This document shows, piece after piece, positions 56,565-64,000 of a DNA stretch of 64,000 nt (position 1 is the first letter of the stretch; every line of letters starts with the position of its first letter). The stretch is from positions 41,354,001 to 41,418,000 of the forward strand of contig OX597817.1 of NCBI GenBank assembly GCA_951406725.2. Reading direction: 5' to 3'. The notes beneath the pieces are model-generated. The model did no database searches and had not been told where the DNA came from. It was given only the letters and a program-made list of their open reading frames with translations. The DNA is from Octopus vulgaris (taxonomy: Eukaryota). Both the position numbers and the translations under genes were made by a program.

Positions 56565-56730
56565 AAGAGAAGGGAGTTCTCTGCAAGAATGAATAGGGTT
56601 GGCAGTTTTGTGGCTAAACAAAACGTAGAATCAATGAGTGTGAGATGATGTGTGCACAGAAGTGTAAGGTTAATTGAACCAGAGGAGGACAGTTTGAGTG
56701 TGAATGAGAAGTCAGAGTGTGCAAAGTTGA

Positions 56731-56763
<33 letters not shown>

Positions 56764-58294
56764 AGAGAGGGAGGAGATGGAAGAAACTGCATACTTCTAT
56801 GTGCACATAAGAGACCATGAATGCATGTATGCATTCAAGAGTACATATGGATGATTTAGTGAGATTCAGAAGTGGGATCTTTAATGTATGAGTTAATCTT
56901 GTATTTCTCTGTGTGTGTGTGTGTGTGTGTGTGTGCATGTGAGTTTGTGAAGATGGACAAAAATGTCCATATTTTCTTTTAAGACTTTAAGAAAAACTAC
57001 AAAGAAAAAAATATATCTTGGAAAAAAACAAAACAAAAGTTCATTAGCTACATGATAGAAACAGTGTATTTTTTTTCCCCACTGAAGTTCATGAGAAGGC
57101 TTTTAACTGTCAATTGGATCCTATGTCATTAACATGAACCTGACCTACATTAAGTCCTGGAAACGGGGACCACTTAAGCTGGAATCAAATTTTCAGCAGC
57201 ATACATCACTTGGTTTGCAAGTACAAATACCCATTTAAGCAGAATCAAAGCGGAGGAAATATGGAAATTGTTAAATCTTAAGCATGACCCTAAATACATT
57301 TTAAATAAGGTGTATGTGCATTTATGATTATGTACATACATACACATTTTATTTTTATATTTTTATATATATAATATCATATTTTTTTTATTAGTAAGTA
57401 TGTGTATATATGATATGTACATATGTATGTGCACATTATGTTTCTGCATTTGAATACTCATATTTTTACATTTGTGTGTGTGTGTGTGTATTTTCACACC
57501 AATGTACAAAATGGTGATGATGATAAACATGCATTTTATGCATTGTTGTGTGTGTAAATTTTTTGAAAAATTATCAATATTTTCATCAGTTATGCAAATT
57601 TTTTTATAATCAGGTATGAATCTATTATTGAGAGAAAGAAAGAGAGAGAGGGAGAGAGTGATAGAGAGGAGAGAATAAGGGAGAGAGAGTAAGGGAGAGA
57701 GAGAGAGAATGAGGAAAGAGTTCTTGCTTTCTTGTGCTAAGTTCGCCATAAGAATCACCTTGTTTCCTGAACGTGTACATGACTAAATAAGAGATACCTA
57801 TTGAAAATTAAACTACCATTTATAGAAACTGACAACTAGTTGAAGCTAAAATGTGTTACAAAGAAACTACTACAGTAACAGCAGTTTCTGGCACACGAAT
57901 ATATACATATATATATAATAGCGGAAAAGTAATAATGCTTTATATCTAAGATGATAAACACTGCTCAACCAGATTTTATTATTAAGAATGATGATGAATA
58001 TTCAACGATATGACGGCTCGGTATACTAGAAATAGTAGTAAAATCTTCCTTGTAGCTAGCTCCATCATCTTAAATATAAATGATGCACTGGATTATGAAG
58101 TCTTTGATACACGTAGAAGAGGTTGAGATTATCCTGGTTGGAACAACTTTGATCTGAGGCTCTGCTTGATCAGGGCTAATCTGAGTCAAAAGAACAACAC
58201 TGACATTTCAGCTATGACCAATAGTTCAAAAAGCAAATACTAATCAGTTATACACACACAAGTTGTCCATATCTAATATATATATATATAATGT

Positions 58295-58613
58295 GAAGGT
58301 GCGTGGCTCAATGGTTAGAGCGTCAAACTTACGACCGTCAGGTTGTGAGTTCGAATCCTGGACCGGGCTGCGTGTTGTGTTCTTGAGCAAGACACTTTAT
58401 TTCACGTTGCTCCAGTTCACTCAGCTGTAGAAATGAGTTGCGATGTTATTGGTGCCAAGCTGTATTGGCCTTTGCCTTTCCCTTGGATAACATTGGTGTC
58501 ATGGAGAGGGGAGGCTGGTATGTATGGGCAACTGTTGGTCTTCCGGACTTGTGCCTCGGAGGGTAACATTCTAGGTGCAATCTCATGGTCATTCGTGACC
58601 GAAGTGGGGTCTC
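58295..58613 (+). mobile_element. tRNA-derived SINE with intact Pol III boxes
   Basis: A box TGGCTCAATGG 58304-14 and B box GTTCGAATCC 58349-58, followed by TGTGTTCTTGAGCAAGACACTT...CTCAGCTGTAGAAATGAGT; many CpGs retained. Confidence 0.85.
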
Positions 58614-58657
58614 CGATATATATAATAAAAATCTCTGAATGAGACTTCTTTATCAAT

Positions 58658-58702
58658 GTACCTGAAGAGACCCAAACTGATGAGTTGAAACATATGTTGT
58701 AC
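58658..58702 (+). ncRNA. Minimal type I hammerhead ribozyme motif (Penelope-like/retrozyme type)
   Basis: Stem I GTAC (58658-61) pairs with GTAC (58699-702); core CTGAAGA 58662-68; stem II GACCCA/TGAGTT (one mismatch, one G-U); GAAA 58687-90; palindromic stem III ACATATGT; cleavage triplet GTT; AATAAA just downstream. Confidence 0.7.
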
Positions 58703-58784
58703 CTAATAAAAGTCTAATATGAAATCCATCTCCTACTATTAATTAATACAATATATATGTATATATATATATATATATATACAT

Positions 58785-58805
58785 TTATTCGTCGCTTCAA
58801 TGATG

Positions 58806-58839
<34 letters not shown>

Positions 58840-59040
58840 GCATGGAATTTTGTCAGTGAACAGGTCACGGCCTTTGAAGCGACGAAAATATTTTGACAAA
58901 CTAAATTTAAATGTTGAGTGAATCTAACGGTTTTTGTGTGTTTTTAAATGGCTTATAAACACCTTCCATGCTGCAATTGTTTTTGCTTTAGCACATGTTC
59001 TCAGATCAGGTCACTTGCTATGCAAGTACATCCCAGTAAC
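58785..59040. mobile_element. DNA-transposon/MITE remnant broken by (TA)n
   Basis: Internal inverted repeats TTCGTCGCTTCAA/TTGAAGCGACGAA and GCAGCATGGAA/TTCCATGCTGC; ends ...CATCCCAG-TA. Confidence 0.5.
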
Positions 59041-60394
59041 ATATATATATATATATATATATATATAGGTTTGGTACAACAAACAGGTGAAATAGAACTC
59101 AGTACATGAGTATATATTTCTTTTATTATTTTTAACAACAGAAAGTTCTAAAAGTGACTCAAAGGCCAAGGGTTTTGTACATGGCACTTACCAAAGTGAC
59201 AATTTGATTAAAAATAAAAAGTATACATATACACATGTATGTACGCATGTATATATGTGTGTGTGTGTGTGTGTATGTGGTTATATATAGCTATATGCTT
59301 CCAAGTGTTATTACTAACCATCATGCTTAGCTCAAAATGCAAGTCTTAGTCTCAGAATGTTATAGAAGACGAAAACGCTAAGGGGAGTTTTGAATCACTG
59401 TGTGTGTGCTTGAAACATCTGAAGTCTAATAATGTTTAGCAAAGATCTTGTATCAATAGCAGTATGACTTCATAAATTCCTGCAGGTCAAACAATAAGTC
59501 ACTGACCTAAACACCCACCTCTACTACTGCTGCATTTAAACCTTGTGTAACAATGTTTTCCTGTCAGGTTTTCCTACTTCTAAGATGGAGAAGTGAGGTA
59601 TGTTGCCATGATCCCCATAACCTTCCAAGTCAACAGCATTCTTGAGAGAGAGAGAGAGAGAGAGTTTGTCTATAAACTAAGTTGAGTGTCTTTGTATTTT
59701 TGTCTATGTTCTTGGAAGATAGTTTATATAATTTAAAGCATACACACACAGACAGCATAAGCACATACAAGACTGTTCAGGCATGTATAATTCTATGTAG
59801 TTCCACATATGTATTATACATACTCATACAAAATTATCTACCAAATTCACAATCTCACAGATACTATTACACACACACACACACACACACAACTATATAT
59901 ACCCACATATGCACTTAGGTGTAGGTGTATCCATGGGAGATCATATATGTAGTAAATAATTGTGCTGAGTGTGTCCATGTGCAGGAATGTGTACACATGT
60001 TATGTATATGCTTGTTAGTGAGAATATAATCCATCATGTAGTCTCATTAAATTATATACACTATCGACCAAGAACATTGACAGTTTTTGTACATGGTTGT
60101 GTGTATTTACACTTTGCTTGCTTAAACAGAAGCTGTGGTGTAGTGAAGGTGTGTTACAGCTGTTGATTCTCTTGTCAATAAACCATTTGCTTGCTTTGTG
60201 CCTCCAAAGCTGTGTGAAATAAGAGACCTCTTACTTGAAAAACAGGTAAGGGTTAGCAACAGGAAGGCATCTGGCTGTAAAATAATACCTCGGTATCATT
60301 TGTCTAACCCATGCAAGCAGGGAAAAACAAACACACATACACACGTGTGAATAAAGTTCTCTTCCAGCCAAGCCCTAATACAAACCAAATGACA

Positions 60395-60590
60395 TAACTG
60401 GAGTCAGTACCATTGATGGGCAGGAGCTGGTGGAAGCTTGACACTTGACCTAACTGGGCAATAGAATTTGTGGTTTATGGGAGGTTGAGAGGCAAATTAA
60501 ATAGCAAGATGAGCAAAGCTAGTTTAACATTTGAAAGGTTCAAAGAGTGACTGTGGAACAACAAGCACATTATGATCCATATAAGAAACG
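60395..60590 (+). pseudogene. RTE-BovB-like LINE fragment
   Basis: TIDGQELVEA*HLT*LGNRI and MSKASLTFERFKE*LWNNKHI resemble the post-RT F.YLGS...RI.KAS..FGRL...VW region. Confidence 0.7.
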
Positions 60591-60631
60591 TGTGTGTGAG
60601 AGTGTGTGTGTATACAATGTATGTATGTGTT

Positions 60632-60672
<41 letters not shown>

Positions 60673-61609
60673 CAGATGGTTCTCAGTTGTTTGCTCAACT
60701 GAATTGCCTGCTTAATGACATAATGTGTGTCTGATCAGGTAGTATCTTTGAATTACTTTGAGTGACACTTTCCCCAAGATGCCATGCAGTGAGATTGAAC
60801 CCAAGACTTCCTTGTTATGAAGCAAACGTCTTAACCATTCACTCATACTGCTCATGTACACCTACACACATACATCATATATATAAATATATTAGGAACA
60901 CACATACATCTAGAACACACACACACACAAATCACACATTTCTATGCTAATATAGGTTGGACAAGTGTTACTAAGACAGTATTCCTTGGTCAGATGCCTC
61001 ATTGCTACCAATGCTAGCTTACTTTTCAAGTTAGGTCTTTTTTTTTATTTCACTGGCCTTTATGCAAACTGAAAACCATTATGCTTCAGGGTCTATTGTT
61101 TATGAGAGAAGTACATTATTACCATTTGGTTCATAGGGCTTTGTAAGGCCTACATGTATAGTAGAAGAGTTTTGACAAAGGTGCCATACAGTGGGCTGGA
61201 ACCCAAAACCAAATAGCTTCAAAGCAAACTTAATTTTACACTCATTCTTACATTTATAAGTTTATTTATATATAGAAAAATAAACAAATATGTAAACACA
61301 CACACATAAATATATATATGCATATAAATCTATCTACACACATAATCACACCTAACGTCATAAAGATATTTAAAATATATGTTTGTGTGTGTGAAAGAGA
61401 TCTATGTATACATGTATGACATTCGATCTTTCTTTTATTGATATTTGTACACGAGATCAGTTAAAGGGTTACAAAATTTGAATGACATCCGCCCTCACAT
61501 CCCCATCACCCCCTTCTTCATCATGTAATCCTTAAATGAGATGGGTTAAGTAAATGAAATAGATAAAAAATCGATGCCGGTGAGAATCGTGCAATTATTC
61601 AATAAAAGT

Positions 61610-61662
<53 letters not shown>

Positions 61663-63091
61663 ATATGTATAAAAATAAAAAATAAAAGGAAAAAAAGAAA
61701 GAAATGTCGTTCAATAGAGTTCAATGTTTATCGGGTTACTTATATGAAGTACAAGATAAAAAGCAGGGTTTTATCAAAGGGAATTCTATTTCAAAGCTTA
61801 ACAAATACCTTTCTCCACTGAGAATAAAAGAGCATAAGCTATTTTTTAAAAACATTTTCCTTAGGTTTGTTACTGTTGATGTGAAAAATCATTATTTATT
61901 TAGATATTACTACACATCTGCTAGAAAGTATATTTGCTGTAGATTTCCATTTAATAGTTAAAATAGTAAAGCTACCAAAGATAGACTTGACTTATCTGAT
62001 ATTTAGTTGGTAAAGCAGAACATGAGAATAAAGAAAATATGAAATTTGGTTTTAGCATTGCGAATATTTTTATTATTCTTCATTATCATTTTTTTTTTTC
62101 CAGTTTTCATTTTCCTCAACAATAGAAATCTCCATGGAATTCAGTAAATATGCTAATATAGACAGAAGAAATTTCAGGTCAACATTAAAATAAATGCGTT
62201 TCACAAATGGAAGCCATATATTCTATTTGAAGTTTAATTCAATATTGTCTTATCTAGAAAAGAAATGATAAAAGAAATTATAATAAACACAAGAAAGAAA
62301 CAAAACAATTTTTATATTCAATTGTTAAAAGCCTGACTAGTACTGTTCACTATCTTTTGTGTACCTCTTCCCAGTAAGGAACAACAGAGATGAAGAGATA
62401 CTTTAAGTATTCTAGCTTGTTTCTCTCATATAAAATATTATATATCATATCTAGACTTTTTAAAACTGTTTAACTTATTCAATTTAGACGAAGTAGTTGA
62501 AATTTTAAAGTCAGTGTTGGTGAGGGGTGATGGTAATGAAAACCACTAGTACTGCTGCCTTCACTTACATTACCAAGAATATGCTAATACAATTTCTTCC
62601 TTTTCTTCCTGCTAAAATATAGCTATGTAAATCAGGCTTCTCTCAGAAAGAACATACATTTCTCTTTAATAGCAAAAGTATGGTACTCAAGGATCTAATG
62701 ATTTCAATGAGTGATAAATTCTCAATGATTAAGATGTGCAATTAATTAAAATTGATAAATCAATGACATATTAAAGATAATCTCTCCATCTCTCTTTCAA
62801 AGTTTTAAGTTGGTGTTCCCCCTAGATATATTTCTAATTAAGTCAAAATAATTAACATATATTTCATGACTGTTACCTTATCTATCTATCACTCACTGTG
62901 CGTGTGTGAATGAGAGAGAGAAAGGCAGAGATTAGAAAAAGCTAGTAGATATTTAGCTTCTAAAGAAGAAAGGCTACTATCAAAAATAAAAAAAAGTGTT
63001 AGCAAAATCACACAACAAAACCTGTACTTTATCTACAAACTGTTTTTTTTTTAAAAAAAACATTAACTCGAACATAACTCTGAGCCCTAGT

Positions 63092-63118
63092 CACTAACTT
63101 CTACTTTTTCTCTTTCAG
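63092..63118 (+). promoter_or_regulatory. Branch point and 3' splice acceptor of the coding exon
   Basis: CACTAAC at 63092-63098, then the pyrimidine tract TTCTACTTTTTCTCTTTC and AG at 63117-63118; exon starts at 63119. Confidence 0.8.
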
Positions 63119-63272
63119 AATCGACATTTAACGATAGAGGAAGCACAGATGAAGAAAAAGAAAAAACAAGACCAAGAAAACAAAAACAATATAATAGTGC
63201 CTCAGAAAAAATGTGCTTCAATAAATAAAAGGAAGAAATTAATTTGAAAAAATTGACAAATAAAACGAAAGA

Positions 63273-64000
63273 ATGTCAAGAATGGATTACAAAGTATTTT
63301 CCAAACACTTTCCATGCTGGATTAATATTTTACTATTGTGTTATAATACACTATGTTCAGCTGTACATTATCAAGAAACGACAACGGCAATGAACTCCAA
63401 ATCGTTGTCAGTGCAATATAACAAAATTCCAATTACGACAGAAGGCTTTCCAAATAGAATCAAGAATGTTCAACTTTTCAGGGTAATGGAAACAGCAAGT
63501 TATCATTTACCAGCACTTAAAGATAAACAGCTGGCACTTAATGACCTCCCAAATTTGATAGCTGCAAGCACAGAAACACCTTTACATTCTAAAAAATACC
63601 ATCAGCAGAACAACAACAACAACTATCAGTGGGCTTATAGTAAACATAAAGAACGGAAGAATTATAGTCCACATCTAAATCTGTCACTTCGAGACATGAA
63701 GACTAAACAAGATTCGAGATTTTCTAGCAAGTGGCGCCAGATAAGTGCTCTTGGAATACATTCTAGTTCTGTAAAAACTCCAGAGTTGAGTAAGGTTTCA
63801 CCTGAAAATGTTATGGTTTCAGGCCAGCCGCCACTTAAGAGCTCATCTTTTGATCAACAGAACCCAGTGACTAGTCAGGATAATTTCAATGAAAAAAGAA
63901 AGCATCCAGTTCTAACATCTTTGCACTCAGTTACGACAACAAACAAAATGTCTATAGCTGATAATACGATACAATCATCAACATTGCAACAGACAGTTTC
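63273..64000 (+). CDS. First coding exon (3'-truncated by the window) of a putative secreted or membrane protein with a signal peptide and Ser/Thr-rich region
   Basis: Hand translation is open for 242 codons to the window end: MSRMDYKVFSKHFPCWINILLLCYNTLCSAVHYQETTTAMNSKSLSVQYNKIPITTEGFPNRIKNVQLFRVMETASYHLPALKDK...NEKRKHPVLTSLHSVTTTNKMSIADNTIQSSTLQQTV. An in-frame TAA at 63261 lies just upstream of ATG 63273 (second ATG at 63282). Hydrophobic core WINILLLCYNTLCSA. The sequence is not repeat-derived. Family not recognised. Confidence 0.85.
   Translation, partial: MSRMDYKVFSKHFPCWINILLLCYNTLCSAVHYQETTTAMNSKSLSVQYNKIPITTEGFPNRIKNVQLFRVMETASYHLPALKDKQLALNDLPNLIAASTETPLHSKKYHQQNNNNNYQWAYSKHKERKNYSPHLNLSLRDMKTKQDSRFSSKWRQISALGIHSSSVKTPELSKVSPENVMVSGQPPLKSSSFDQQNPVTSQDNFNEKRKHPVLTSLHSVTTTNKMSIADNTIQSSTLQQTV

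Noticed and set aside
58298-58378. tRNA gene
   Set aside because: A and B boxes are present, but there is no convincing acceptor stem and the sequence runs straight into a SINE body.
61704-61961. 85-aa ORF upstream of the coding exon
   Set aside because: No splice support, no recognisable motif, and AT-rich composition typical of intron.

Overview
AT-rich, microsatellite-saturated animal genomic DNA. The repeat families look like octopus/coleoid cephalopod ones (inference from remembered consensus sequences). Nearly every ORF in the supplied track is an artefact of (TA)n/(CA)n/(GA)n tracts or of SINEs. The one convincing coding region is missing from the track because it runs off the right edge: a plus-strand exon starting at 63119 with an open frame from ATG 63273 to 64000 (242 codons, signal-peptide-like N-terminus, then a Ser/Thr-rich low-complexity stretch). 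Candidate 5' leader exons and a promoter-like region lie about 16 kb upstream (46.4-47.1 kb). The rest is intronic/intergenic: at least four tRNA-derived SINE families with swapped modules, decayed RTE and CR1/Jockey-type LINEs, a decayed hAT transposase, and Mutator-, piggyBac- and Tc1/mariner-type MITEs. The most notable non-obvious signals are several minimal type I hammerhead-ribozyme motifs in Penelope-like context (best at 58658-58702 and 38666-38713), a CpG-decayed foldback palindrome at 13347-13502, and a spliced uORF whose start cassette nearly duplicates that of the main ORF. No clearly new biological system can be established from the sequence alone.
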